The notes: generated by a model from the sequence alone, not told the origin. Numbered from the stretch's first letter, positions 26,577 through 39,499 are shown. The stretch is 64,000 nucleotides of DNA from Octopus vulgaris (GCA_951406725.2 OX597816.1:88722001-88786000); one strand, 5' to 3'. Translations and numbers: made by a program.

Positions 26577-28876
26577 GAATAGAGGAGCTAAGGTGTGTCC
26601 TTAGGAAGGCTCATAAATGGAAAACCCCAGGACTGGATCGGATCCCTAACTTCTGGCTGAATTGTTTGACAGAGGTACACGAACATCTCGCTGCATCTCT
26701 GTCTGATGTCATTCAGAACCCAGAGCAAATACCTGCTTGGCTGACTGAAGGAACCACCTACCTATTACCTAAAACCGAAGACACAAAAAACCCAAAGAAT
26801 TACCGGCCAATAACATGTCTCAACACCACCTACAAAATCCTCACATCCATAATAACGGAGAGAATGTACGCTTTCCTTGAACAAAATTCTATCCTTCCAC
26901 AAGCTCAAAAAGGTTGTAAAAGAAACTCTTATGGGTGCAAAGACCAATTGCTCATAAACAGAATGATTGTAGAGAATTGCCGGAGCAAAAACAAAAACCT
27001 GAGTATGGCATGGATAGACTACAGGAAAGCGTATGACAGTGTCCCACATAAATGGATACTCAAGGCCCTTGAGATATACAAGATCTCTCCTGTCGTCTCA
27101 AAATTCTTAGAGAATAGCATGACCATGTGGAACACACGTCTCTTTTTAAGCCATAGTAATGGGATGAGCCAATCCAACAGCATCAACATCAAACGAGGCA
27201 TCTTTCAAGGTGACTCCCTCTCTCCATCACTTTTTTGCATGGCACTGATCCCACTCTCAAACGAATTGGATAGTACTAGATATGGGTACAAAGTTTTTAG
27301 TAAATTAATAAACCATCTTTTCTATATGGACGACCTAAAGCTGTTTGCCAGGAATGACCAAGAGCTAGAAGGGCTGCTAACAACTGTTAAAGAGTTTAGC
27401 AATGATATCGGAATGGATTTTGGCCTTGATAAGTGTGCTAAAGCAACTTTTGTAAGAGGCAAGCTCAGGCAAACAGCTTCTGTTAAATTAGATATTGACA
27501 CTACCATCAAGGAACTTGACCCACAGGAAAGTTACAAATACCTAGGAATCAACGAAGGTGATGGTATACATCATGCTACTATGAAGGAAAAAATAAGAAA
27601 GGAATACTATAGGAGAATAAGGCTTGTACTGAAGACTGAGCTCAACTCCAAAAATTGCATTGAGGCCATTAACACCCTGGCACTTCCAGTAGTCCAGTAC
27701 AGTTTTAATATCATTAACTGGAACCTTACGGAACTCCAACGCTTAGACAGGAAGACAAGAAAGTTACTGTCATCCAGGAGCATGCACCACCCTAAGGCAG
27801 ATGTAGACCGCTTGTACCTACCTAGAAGCAGCGGGGGGAGAGGAATGATACAATTAGAGCTGTGCTATAAGACCTCTACTGTAGGAATGAACAGGTACCT
27901 ATCTAGTACAAAGGACTGGATGCTGCGACTTGTGCGCGAACACGAAAGCAACAAAAAGCTGCATTCTATTGTCAAGGAAGCTTATAAGTTCGAAAGGGAA
28001 CTAGACATTAACCTTGAATCAGATGAAGAGCCGGAAACCACTGCTACCAAGCAAGCAAAGCGAATCAAGCAGACTGCAAAAAAGAACGGGCAGAATCAAA
28101 TTGAGAGGCGGTGGAGCCAGAAGCCCCTGCATGGACAATATATTCTCCGAAGCCAAAATGCTGATGTAGACCAAGCAACAACCCATCAGTGGCTGAAGAG
28201 CTCTGGATTGAAAGCAGAGACTGAAGGTTTCATAATGGCAGCACAAGATCAAAGCTTGTTTACCAGAAATTACCAGGCTAACGTTCTCCGAAACGGTACT
28301 GACCCTAAATGCAGATTCTGCGACACATTTGACGAAACGATAGACCATCTCGTTTCTGGATGTCCTGTGCTGACACCAAACGAATACAAAAATCGCCACG
28401 ATAGGGTAGGACAGTATATACATTGGAAGATATGTAAACACTACAAATCCGACACTCCTGCTAACTGGTACGAACACCATCCTCAGCCAGTTGTTGAAGG
28501 TAAAGATGTCACCATCCTCTGGGATTTTCCAGTCAACACTGACAGAACGATCAAGGCTAATCGACCAGACATAATTGTTAAGGACAGGGAAGAAAATACC
28601 TGCAGACTAATAGAAGTAAGCGTCCCCACTGATAAAAATGTATCTGTCAAGGAATTTGACAAACTTAGTAAATATAAGGACCTGGAAATCGAAATACAGA
28701 GGATGTGGAATCTTAAAACAAAAACTGTTCCTGTTATTGTAGGTGCCCTAGGTATGATAAAAAAGGGATGTCAGAAACACCTAGACAATATCCCTGGAAA
28801 ACCATGTCTCAAGGAAATCCAAAAGATTGTGCTAACAAGTACTGCCCACATCCTTAGAAAAACCCTATCAATGTAA
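26537..28876 (+). CDS. R4/Dong ORF, C-terminal part: reverse transcriptase, CCHC zinc knuckle and restriction-like endonuclease
   Basis: Frame is open from ~26537 (RLDELEEQKW...WKTPGLDRIPNFWL). RT motifs NYRPITCL, WIDYRKAYDSV, GIFQGDSLSP, FYMDDLKL and YKYLG; CRFC...ETIDHLVSGC; RHDRV; RPDIIVKD...IEVSVP...KLSKYKDL. Confidence 0.93.
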   Translation, partial: RLDELEEQKWEAIGIEELRCVLRKAHKWKTPGLDRIPNFWLNCLTEVHEHLAASLSDVIQNPEQIPAWLTEGTTYLLPKTEDTKNPKNYRPITCLNTTYKILTSIITERMYAFLEQNSILPQAQKGCKRNSYGCKDQLLINRMIVENCRSKNKNLSMAWIDYRKAYDSVPHKWILKALEIYKISPVVSKFLENSMTMWNTRLFLSHSNGMSQSNSINIKRGIFQGDSLSPSLFCMALIPLSNELDSTRYGYKVFSKLINHLFYMDDLKLFARNDQELEGLLTTVKEFSNDIGMDFGLDKCAKATFVRGKLRQTASVKLDIDTTIKELDPQESYKYLGINEGDGIHHATMKEKIRKEYYRRIRLVLKTELNSKNCIEAINTLALPVVQYSFNIINWNLTELQRLDRKTRKLLSSRSMHHPKADVDRLYLPRSSGGRGMIQLELCYKTSTVGMNRYLSSTKDWMLRLVREHESNKKLHSIVKEAYKFERELDINLESDEEPETTATKQAKRIKQTAKKNGQNQIERRWSQKPLHGQYILRSQNADVDQATTHQWLKSSGLKAETEGFIMAAQDQSLFTRNYQANVLRNGTDPKCRFCDTFDETIDHLVSGCPVLTPNEYKNRHDRVGQYIHWKICKHYKSDTPANWYEHHPQPVVEGKDVTILWDFPVNTDRTIKANRPDIIVKDREENTCRLIEVSVPTDKNVSVKEFDKLSKYKDLEIEIQRMWNLKTKTVPVIVGALGMIKKGCQKHLDNIPGKPCLKEIQKIVLTSTAHILRKTLSM

Positions 28877-29058
28877 ATGTCTGTGTTTGCATTACATGGA
28901 GATATATCTCTACTTCCCCTCCCCAAGCTTTCAGCTGTATTTCAACAACTCTTAACCTTCACTTGCCCTAGGGCGCTGGGTGTGCCCCGGCAGGTGATTG
29001 CATCAAACATGCAGATTAAAAGTAAATGACAATGATAATAATAATAATAATAAATATA

Positions 29059-29398
29059 AAGTGGGGGAGCATCATAGCCGTATGTTGAAAGGAATTCTTG
29101 GAGGTTTGGATAATTCACTTTTGGAAACATGGGTGGTTCGTTCAGCATCCTTAAACAATCCTCATTCAGGGACCTTTTGAGCGGGATGGGCTACTCGACC
29201 AGAAGAAAATTCTAACTGGGCCTCATCTGCAAGGTCATGCGCTGTGTATCTTGATATGAGATCACCATGTAGCGCACATTTGGTTGTGATGCATGTGCCT
29301 AGTGTACCCTTATCAGACGGATAGTCATGATGGGTATACTGGGCTTCGTATATTTTAACCCAGTGTCACTTTGATGGCATGTACTGCTCTCTCACTCA
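29059..29398 (+). mobile_element. Non-coding TAA-targeting retroelement, 5'-truncated copy A
   Basis: Homologous to 42563-43123 and 51218-51649; ends ACTGCTCTCTCACTC followed by (AAT)n. Confidence 0.8.
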
Positions 29399-29416
29399 AT
29401 AATAATAATAATAATA

Positions 29417-29533
<117 letters not shown>

Positions 29534-29640
29534 TTAATAACAACAACAACAATAATAATAATAATAATAACAACAATAACAATAATAATAACATCGAAAA
29601 CTACCTTAGGAATGAGAACCCAGGTTCGAAATTTCCCCAA

Positions 29641-29730
29641 GACACCTGATGAAGGCTAGGGGGTATATCAGCCGAAACGTATTAACAACAAACAAGATGA
29701 GAAATATCCGTCAAATGTAAATAATGTAGA
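29641..29730 (+). ncRNA. Hammerhead-like motif with canonical CUGAUGA core (stem I 3' strand damaged)
   Basis: GACAC-CUGAUGA-A-GGCU...AGCC-GAAACGU. The sister copy at 18114 supplies UGCGUU after GAAAUGU, so the consensus GAAACGUU-GUGUU would pair with GACAC. Confidence 0.6.
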
Positions 29731-30933
29731 TAAATATTGTATCTATGATTAAGACCAAGGAGAAAGAAACAAATCCTTTGAAGTAACTATTTTGTTTACT
29801 TTAAACAGCGAGACGATACTCATGAGTTAATCAAAAGCGAAGCTGTTTATGTGTTAATTACATTAGATTTCAAATTATCTAAAAATGCTATGTAGTGTCT
29901 ATGAATTAATAGATTTTCTAACGCATTTTACAGCTTTCTCAAAAACCCAGACAAGACAGGTTTGAAAGAACTGAGGATTCTAATTTAAGCAAACTAAGTG
30001 AACGGAAAGCTTTCCCTAGTTTGCTTATTCCTGACTTTCTCTATTTTAAAATATGCTATTGAAATTGGCAGCTCCATCTTGTTGACTAAATAGTTCTGCA
30101 ATATCATAGTAACGACAACTTCTTTAAACAGCTCCAGAATATGTTGTTTGCTTTCCATGTTTTCCTTATGACGAAAATCATGCAGTTAAGCTTTAATTCT
30201 TTAGACCCACAGTAACTCATTGGAGTAATTTATTACATATTTTACTACATTAAAGTAAGTCAATATCGTGAACATAAATATACTATATACAATACTAATA
30301 TACAATTATAATAATTGTTTACCTTGAACTTACCTATTCGTGACACTAATATAGTATAAATATATAACTAAGCTGGACCCGTCAAAAATTTATGTAAAAC
30401 ACAAACAATGTAACCATTTGTAAACAGTATACTGGTTCCATGAGAAATGTTTGTATATTATAACCGTCTGTTTTTACCTTCCGAGTTCAAATTCTGCCGA
30501 GATCGACTTTGCCTTTCGTCTTTTGGGGATTCGATAAATTAAGTATCAGTTGTGTACTGGGGCTAATCTAATCAATTGGCCTCCTTCCCACAAACAAATT
30601 CAGGACTAGAAAAGTATATTGTGACAATTACAGAATATAGAAAGTAACGTAACACCAATGACTATATAATCCAACCCAAATATTTCAGTTACATGAACGT
30701 AAACAGAATTACAATTTAACCTTAAAATACATCATACATATTCAAAGAACCTTAATGTACAAATTAAAATGCAAAAGAACGAAATAATAAATGGATTAAT
30801 GACTGAAAATCCAAGTTTGGTAATTGCGTTCCTCTTCTTTCCCGCTTTTGATTTAACAATGTGTACATGCATCACTGTATCTACTTCTCTTGCGATGTGA
30901 TAAACATTTAAAAACACAAATCGAATGCTGTCA

Positions 30934-30981
<48 letters not shown>

Positions 30982-31107
30982 TCTTTCTCACTTTTTTTCT
31001 CTCTCTCTCTCTCTTTCTTTCTCTCTTACCTCTCCTCTGAAACATTAAAAAACAAAACGAACGCTGACACCACTCACTGTCTCTTTCACTCTCCCTCTTT
31101 TATCTCT

Positions 31108-31156
<49 letters not shown>

Positions 31157-31992
31157 TTCCTCTCTGTCCTCCACTTTCTCACTTTGCTACTTCTTTGAAG
31201 TGTGACGCACACAACAGGCACGTACAAAAACAAACAAAAAAATAGCGTAGTAATATTATTGAGTATGCATATATCGAACCCAAACTAGACGCGTTATATA
31301 TAACTTCGTACGCTGTGGTGAACGTCCCAAAAATCATTTCCTGCGTACATTCTAATTAATATTCATTACAAATGCTGAATCTGTCACTAATAGCTAATTT
31401 ATATTTTCTCGCTAGCTTTTCGAAACATCACTGGCTGTTAGGCAAGTATTACTCTGGTATAGGTTTGACTGATTATTTTGTCTGGCATTCGGTGTCCTGC
31501 CTCCTACTGCTGAAGGTTCACAATACGGTGAAATCACATAATACAGTAGTGCTAGCTGCTAGTGCTAAAGAAATTTTGTCAACCTGTAGAATTTCGATGT
31601 ATTTTTAACATATGTCGTATGATCGAAACAATATTTCGGAAGGTTCACTACAACCTACAGGGTTATAAGAAACGGATCTATGTTAAGTTTCATGTATGTT
31701 TTTATTATTCTTTTACTTGCATCAGTTATTGGACAGCTGTCATTCTTGGATAACGCATTCAAGAGTTTAGTCGAGCAAATCGACCCCAGTAATTTTTTTA
31801 TTATTTTGATCCTGGTACTTATTATATCGTACTCTTTTTGCTGAAAGGCTAAGTTAAGATGACGTGAAAAAATACAACACCGGTTGCAAGCGGTGGTGAG
31901 GGACAAACACAAGCTCAACGAAACACTCGCATGCACACACACATATGTAAATACATATATATTGTGAATACATATATTTATATATGTATACA

Positions 31993-32340
31993 CATGTTTC
32001 TGGGTTCAGTCCCACTGCATGGCAATTTGGGCAAGTGTCTGCTACTATAGCCGCGGGCCGACCAAAGCCTTGTGAGTGGATTTGGTAGATGGAAACTGAG
32101 AGAAGCCCGTCGTATATATATATATATATATATATGTTTGTGTGTATGTTTATCACCCCACCGTCACTTGACAACAGATATTGGTGTGTTTATATCCCCG
32201 TAAATTAGTGGTTCGGTAAAAGAGACCGATAGAATAAGTACTAGGCTTACATAGAATAAGTTCTGGTGTCGATTTGTTCGACTAAAGGTGGTACTCCAGC
32301 ATGTCCTCAGTCAAATGAGTGAAACAAGTAAAAGAGTAAA
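31993..32340 (+). mobile_element. SINE family B (CORE-like)
   Basis: GGGTTCAGTCCCACTGCATGGCAATTTGGGCAAGTGTCT...; same body and tail as 481-840. Confidence 0.8.
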
Positions 32341-33182
32341 GATTATATGTGTGTGTGTGTGTGTGAGTGTGAGTACTACGATTTTCTTTCAGTTTCTTTC
32401 TAGCAAATCCACTCACAATGTTCTGGTCGAACCAGGGCAAAATTAAATAACACTTGCCTATGGTGCAATGAAGTGGAACTGAACCAGAGACATGTGGTTA
32501 TGAAGCAAGCTCTTTACTACACAACAACGCTTGCGCCCGTCGTTAAATAGGTAGGTAATGAGAAAGAGAGAAAGAGAGAGAGAAAGAGAGAGATCACTCA
32601 GGTACCTAAGTTCATTTTTGACTTTACAAGATTTTGTCGACTACAAATAAATAGCCTACATATTTAAAAGTGAGGATGACAAAATATTAAAACTATTGTT
32701 TTTTCCGATTCATTCCTGATTGAAACCGATGATCAAAAAGGTTTTCAGCTTTGGCCGCTTTACAAGGTAGTATTGTGCAATTTGAATTAGTTGCTATTTC
32801 TAGCAGTACATGTAACCGTGCAGAATTTGAGAATTGATAACTCGTTGTGTTCATAGCTTCCGTATAATTCGTCACTATAGTCTTCAACGTACTGGTCTAG
32901 TTTCTTCCTTACTTAAAAAGCAATCTACCTATTCTCAATTCCATATGCATTCACTCATATTTACTTATATACATAACTGGTTACTACTTCGTTGCTGTCG
33001 TTCTATTTCTTTCCCAATATATTATTAAATATCTCCTTGTAAATCTTTAATTTTCGCTTTGAGTAGGAGAAACTATTTATCAGTTTTTGTCGCACACATG
33101 TATATATATATATATATATTTCCCTCTCTCTCACCCTCCCTCGCTATTTATATTGCTCATCTATTTATTTTTATCTATCTAT

Positions 33183-33223
<41 letters not shown>

Positions 33224-33255
33224 GCATACCATACATATATATATATGCATGTATG

Positions 33256-33329
<74 letters not shown>

Positions 33330-35282
33330 TACATACATACGATGCTGCGTGTGTGTGTATCGAGTAAGTTTACTTGTGTGTATGATTAGGAGAATGTGTA
33401 TCTATTCAGTTTCAACAACTCTCTTTACGCTTTGGTGAATCGACTTATATAAATAGTCTCATTGATTCACCAAATTAATTATTGAATTCTTATAAAGCAA
33501 TCGAAGCTGTGATTCGTCCACTCTATAAACAATCAATTATTAGGAAAGCTTTCAAGTTTTCTATAGACTGTTGGCACTCTAATTGGCGCAAGTAGACCAA
33601 TTTTTCTTCAGCACTCAACGAAAAGCATTCGGTTTTTAGTTACAAGTAAGAAATTAACGAACTTGTATTTAGCACCTAATTAATGACAAGTAATCACTTC
33701 AGTAGAAGGAGATATTTATTCTACGTGTTAAAATATTGGTTTCGTATTTAAGTACAATGTAAATTTTTGCTTGATTAAATCTATCCAAGTAAGTTTCTGG
33801 TGTACATCTTTTACAAAACACGGAGCAATGAAAAAAATATTCGACTTTAGTGATAGTTCGGATCGAAAACTGAAGGAGTGGAAATAATTAACAATTTATA
33901 TTATAGCTTAGTGAGACGAGGAAGAGTAAATTGGTACCCATTAATTTTTCAAAACCTGTGAGGCCGATGAGATGAAGGTAGAAAGAGAGCCTGAGACCGT
34001 ACACCTGTTACGATTTCTTACAACAGAGCGAGTCCAATGATCAAGTGTTGGTTTAAATCGAGCATAAACAGAGCAAATTGTTGTATTGTTTCTGATAATA
34101 TCTCCTCTGCATTTTATTAAATTGACAAGGAACATAGATTAGTGATCATGACGTTGCACTCAAAATCGCGAGATCGTGGTTTAAATTCCTGCACCGCATA
34201 GTACGTTGTGTTCATTTCACGTTGCTCTGGCATCACTTCGATACCTGACGTTTGGTACACCGTACATATGTTTAGGCAACGTCGTCTGATGAAGGGAATG
34301 CGCTAATGTTTGGCACTGATATTCAATCACTATAAACAAATCATTTGTGCAGGTTGTTCCACAATAAATTGCAGAAACGTCTTTCTCGGACTGTGAGACT
34401 ATTATCATTTTATTAAACAATGCTTATTATATTTATTTATTTATCCTTGTTTTTTTTTTCTATTTCCCAGTAAATGATGTCATATATAGAATGAAATGCT
34501 TTGTAACTATGACAATTTTATTGCGCCTTCAAACATAATACATCTTCCTCGTGTGAATTGAGTAACCTGCCAACGCTCTCTCTAGCAGGTCGACCGACCG
34601 CAACGAGGTTCCCTCATTTGATCAGATTCCATTTGCTGGATTTTGCATATATGACCTAAATACATACTTGAATGACCACTGCCAAAAAATAGGAGAGTCT
34701 ACATCGAAAAGATAAGAAACAAGAACATAGATGATAAAAATATTGAGTTCAAATTTAGGCACAGTGTCAGAAATTTCGATGGTGGGGTAGTTAATTACAT
34801 TGCTCCCAGTACTCAACTGTTACTTATGAAGGGCAAGGAAAGTCAACCTGAAACTTGAACTAAGAATATGAAGTCAAACAAATACTGCTAAGCATTTTAC
34901 CCGGCTAGCGCTTCTGCCAGCTCGCCGCCTTACAGAAGAGGATTAAATGTTGAAATGCTTTATTTTGAAACAATCTACAATAAATTATATTAATTTAAAA
35001 CCAAACTCGGTTTGTTCAAATACGGGTAAGTTTATATCTAGTCGTTCGATCTGTTAGAAATATGACGAATTCCACTTGAAGGAAAATTTGCCTTGCTCAA
35101 AAACTCACCACACGGCCGTTCCGGAAATCGAGCTCACTACCACTTAATTGAAGGCCCGACGTTCTAAACACTGAGTCATGTGCTTTGGATATGGATATCC
35201 CACATCTATTTTCTTTCCTCTATCTCACTCTCTATTTTGTACCCTATCTAAATTATTTATTACTTAACCTTTCTCTCACACC

Positions 35283-35334
35283 GTCTCCGATGAAGGGATA
35301 TAATTATTAAATATCCTGGAAACAGCTGTAAGAC
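35283..35334 (+). ncRNA. Minimal type-I hammerhead-like ribozyme, CCGAUGA core
   Basis: GUCU-CCGAUGA-A-GGGAUAU...AUAUCCU-G-GAAACAGCUGU-A-AGAC. Stem I is GUCU/AGAC, stem II is 7 bp, stem III is the palindrome ACAGCUGU, and the cleavage triplet is GUA. Confidence 0.65.
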
Positions 35335-35422
35335 CTTCTATCTACAAATGTTCTCATATCTACACAGCGCAAAAAATTCGTAATATATATATACATGCAT
35401 ACATACATATATAAATACATAT

Positions 35423-35493
<71 letters not shown>

Positions 35494-35629
35494 CATACAT
35501 ACATGCATACATATCTACTAGCAGTAACTATCTATTTCAATGAAATTGAGGAAATTTTTTTTTAAAACTGACAGAATTTTATGTTTATTACCAAAACAAA
35601 TATATTTATAAATAAGCAAATGAGTGGAA

Positions 35630-36063
35630 ATTTTACCGGTGAATGTGTTAAATTATAAGGCAATAAAAATAAAATGACTCGTGCGGCACATTTTTATTGA
35701 AAAATTTGACCTGTCTGTATCTATCGCTGTATACTTCAAATTTCTGCTTAATGTTAATAAACACATCTTGAAGTATTTCAGTAGTTATCTCCTGCACTGC
35801 TAACTGTTTGTGTTCTTTAAGCTCAGCTAAACGATTGTTCCAACTTGGGGCTAGAGGTAAAGAAAATGATCGCTGCCAAATTTCAAAAAAAGCTGTCGTG
35901 CAGAAATACAAGGGGTCCAAAAGGAATGAAAATAAAATTATAAGCAAAATTCAAAATTTATACACGTTTCACTCATTAAATATGATAAACATAGATAAAA
36001 GTTAGTTTCAAAAAAAAAAAAATCCATGCGATTTCACTCAAATCATTATTAGACACCCTGTAT
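35630..36063 (-). mobile_element. Internally deleted Tc1-like DNA transposon relic
   Basis: Minus strand begins TACAGGGTGTCTAATAA (Tc1/mariner-type TIR); ORF 35648-35947 contains LAELKEHKQLAVQEITTEILQDVFINIKQKFEV, similar to Tc1 transposase C-termini. Confidence 0.5.
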
Positions 36064-36234
36064 TTGGTTGTCCGACTGAATGGGGGAGGGAAAACGGGGT
36101 GGTGGCAATAATTGCTGGTTGTGAGCATAACTTCCGGAAGAGGCCACGCGGTCAAACACATATATTTATATATATATATATAATTTTCTTTGCTGAATAT
36201 ATATATATATATATTTACATAATTTTTTGCTGAT

Positions 36235-36281
<47 letters not shown>

Positions 36282-36420
36282 ACTGAGATGTACTCGCATA
36301 GCAAGTAATTTGATCTGAGATCGTGTGCTGAAACGAAAACGATTGCAGCGTGGGAGGTGTTTATAAGCCATTTAAGAAACACACAAAAGCCGTTCGATTC
36401 ACTCCAACATTTAAGTTTAA

Positions 36421-36470
36421 TTTGTCAAAATATTTTCGTCGCTAAAATCCGCGACCTGTTCACTGACAAA
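36421..36470 (-). ncRNA. Mirror copy of the G3-C8 hammerhead-like motif
   Basis: Exact reverse complement of 36487-36536 in the left arm of the inverted repeat. Confidence 0.65.
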
Positions 36471-36486
36471 GAGATGCAGCACGGAC

Positions 36487-36536
36487 TTTGTCAGTGAACA
36501 GGTCGCGGATTTTAGCGACGAAAATATTTTGACAAA
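36487..36536 (+). ncRNA. Minimal hammerhead-like ribozyme with G3-C8 swapped core (GUGAACA)
   Basis: UUUGUCA-GUGAACA-G-GUCGC ggauuuua GCGAC-GAA-AAUAUU-U-UGACAAA; 7-bp stem I, 5-bp stem II and palindromic AAUAUU stem III. Confidence 0.65.
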
Positions 36537-36614
36537 TTAAACTTAAATGTTGGGTGAATCGAACAACTTTTGTGTGTTTCTTAAATGGCTATAAACACCT
36601 CCCACGCTGCAATT

Positions 36615-36663
<49 letters not shown>

Positions 36664-37881
36664 GTTTGTACAAAATAAGAACACAATGGATTTTAAAGTT
36701 TCACTACACTTGTTTCAGTAGCATATTTATTGCTGAATAGATCGATTATAACGATTTTATTATGAAAAAAATCCACTTTCGTCAGGTGATTTTAATAATA
36801 GGTAGGAGAATATTCCTTGAAACTCACATTGACAGACATCGTCTGAGCGAATGAGAAATATGAAGACCAGTTGAAATTTAATAGGCTTCAATGTATCCAC
36901 ATGGGGCAAAGGTCAGAAACAATGAAATTTCAAAGAAACCAATTATAACCTGTTTGTGTTTTCAAAGGGGACATATCTTGTAATTAGATTCTTTGAAATT
37001 TTATTGTCGCTTTGTGTGTGTATGTGTGTGTCTTTGTGTGCGTGTGCGCGAGCGTATCTTTGTGTGTGTGTGACGTGTGTGATGTGTCTCTGAGTGTGTG
37101 TGTGTCTGTGTGTGTCTATGTCTTGTGTGAGTCTCTGTGTGTGCGTGCGTGTCATGTGTGTGTGTGGCCTGTGTGTGTGTGTGTGGCATGCGTGTGTATG
37201 AGTGTGTGTAGCGTGTGTGTGTGGGTGTGTAATTACCGATCTCAATTTCGGGCTAGATTGACGGAACAGATTTCCTTTCCATAAATCTGTAACTTTCCCC
37301 GACAAGTGTATTCTTGGTTTCTGAATTCATCTTTCCTACTCCTTGTATTATACACAACTAAAGCTAAGTTCCAGTTTTGTGTCTCAAACTCGGAAGATAT
37401 TTCAATAAACTAATAATTATTTATGTTTAGTAGTTAATGCGTGAGCCTTATTCAAAATATATGTGTGGTAGTTTCATGTTTGCTCGGTGGTGAAAACACA
37501 AAAAGAGCCAGCATTTAGGTGCCTATGAAGAATCTTTTAGGCGTAGCCAGAATTGAATCACTTGACAAAACATACGACGACAGGGATAAAAATGGTATAC
37601 CTGTACTGGGCTGGTTAATAAGATGAAACTTTTGCTACGATCAAAGCCAGAAGCATGACCTAGTCAAGGAATAAAGCACAGAATAATATGATCATAAGTA
37701 CAAAACATTTACTACGAGGCCATGTGCTTTCAGTACACAACGATACAACGACATAAGGATAAGCACGGGCATATGTATACGTGAGATTTTATAGATTTAT
37801 ATACAAACACTATATCCATTAACGATACTCATTGATATATTTATATACAAAACGCACACACTCGCGCACACAAAATCACAC

Positions 37882-37922
<41 letters not shown>

Positions 37923-37950
37923 TGTGTGTGTGTGTGTGTGTATTGATGTG

Positions 37951-38250
37951 AAGGCGCATGATTTAGTGGATAGGGTGTTGCTCTCACGATTGCGAGAACA
38001 CGGGTTAGATTACCAGACCGTGCGTTGCGTCATGTTCTTGAGCTAAGCACGTCATTTCACGTTGCCCTGCGATCATTTCGTCATCTGACACGTGGAACAT
38101 GGTGCACTTGTACAGGTAATGTCGATTTCATGAAGGAAGGGAGCTTATGCGTACACAAACATTTGATCACTATAAACAAATCGTTCCTGTATATACTCAG
38201 CAAGAAATTGCCTAACTCTCATGCGTCGTCTAACGACGGGAGAGTCCATG
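37951..38250 (+). mobile_element. tRNA-derived SINE (family D); a related copy lies at ~34135-34395
   Basis: Head AAGGCGCATGATTTAGTGGATAGGG..., CORE-like GTTCTTGAGCTAAGCAC...TTTCACGTTGC, and shared ATCACTATAAACAAATC. Confidence 0.6.
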
Positions 38251-38329
38251 GTATTTCATTCGTTTCAGCCACTACGCTGCAGCCATGCTGTAGTATCGCC
38301 ATGGAGAATTTTTGGTCGTATGAATCAAA

Positions 38330-38636
38330 ACCAGGGCTTCTTTTCTCAGTACTAATTCTATCGGTCTATTTTTTTACTGAACCGCCAAGTTCACACCAGC
38401 GGCGGTCGCTATGAATTGATAGGGAACAAACACACAATCACAAACACATAAACGCATTTTTATATATATACATACATACACTGTTAGCGTTTTTCCGTCT
38501 CGCAAATCCACTAACAAGTCTATGGTGGGTCCGAAGCTATAGTACAAGACACTTGCTCAAGGTACCGCGCAGTGGAACTGAACCCAAAACCATGTGGTTG
38601 CGAGGCAAGCTTCTAACCACGCAGCCATGCCTGCGC
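38330..38636 (-). mobile_element. SINE family B, diverged
   Basis: GACACTTGCTCAAGGTACCGCGCAGTGGAACTGAACCC...CTAACCACGCAGCCATGCCTGCGC is the reverse complement of a tRNA head plus the CORE-like motif. Confidence 0.7.
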
Positions 38637-38653
38637 TTATATGTTTATGTATT

Positions 38654-38734
<81 letters not shown>

Positions 38735-38860
38735 GTCTTAATGTGTTGTTTAGGTATGTCATACTGGTATATAAGTGCTTACAGACACACACGATATCAC
38801 GTGCACGGATTCACACACACACACACACACACATATATACATGTACACATTATGTATGAT

Positions 38861-38900
<40 letters not shown>

Positions 38901-38904
38901 TATA

Positions 38905-38955
<51 letters not shown>

Positions 38956-39299
38956 TATATATGTAATAAATACATATACGCAGAGAGAGGACAGAGAAAA
39001 AGAGAGGGAATGGGCATAATATTTTTAGACGGTATTATCACGTACGATTTTCGATTTTTATATCAATATCCAACAGATATTCATCAACGGACTAAATAAG
39101 ACCATTAAGTTGATGTAGTGTTCATTTGTTTCGTTGGTAGACAACAAACTGATAATTAATTTTAGCTACAATTGTGATGGCTTATGTAAGTGTGTGGAGG
39201 GGATTGTGCGCAACAGTTGGTGGAAGCGGCGAAGTATCTAGCACGTACGAGTTTTGTTACTGGTGTAATTGTGGAAGGCTGTCGATGATCAATATTCGG

Positions 39300-39314
39300 A
39301 ATATATTCTATATA

Positions 39315-39351
<37 letters not shown>

Positions 39352-39364
39352 AATATATATATGA

Positions 39365-39419
<55 letters not shown>

Positions 39420-39446
39420 TACATATATATATGTATATATATATAC

Positions 39447-39499
<53 letters not shown>

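Larger units (their letters stand above)
24291..29052 (+). mobile_element. Full-length R4/Dong-clade non-LTR retrotransposon inserted in (TAA)n
   Basis: Flanked by (TAA)n at 24230-24290 and ~29034-29052; ~680-bp 5' UTR, long RT-RLE ORF and short structured 3' UTR. TAA targeting is known for Dong elements. Confidence 0.9.
36337..36618. repeat. Near-perfect inverted repeat (~134-bp arms, 14-nt spacer) between (TA)n runs
   Basis: Arms 36337-36471 and 36486-36618 are reverse complements with few mismatches; spacer AGATGCAGCACGGA. Confidence 0.95.

Noticed and set aside
34283-34310. CUGAUGA hammerhead core
   Set aside because: No downstream stem II or GAAA; lies inside a SINE body.
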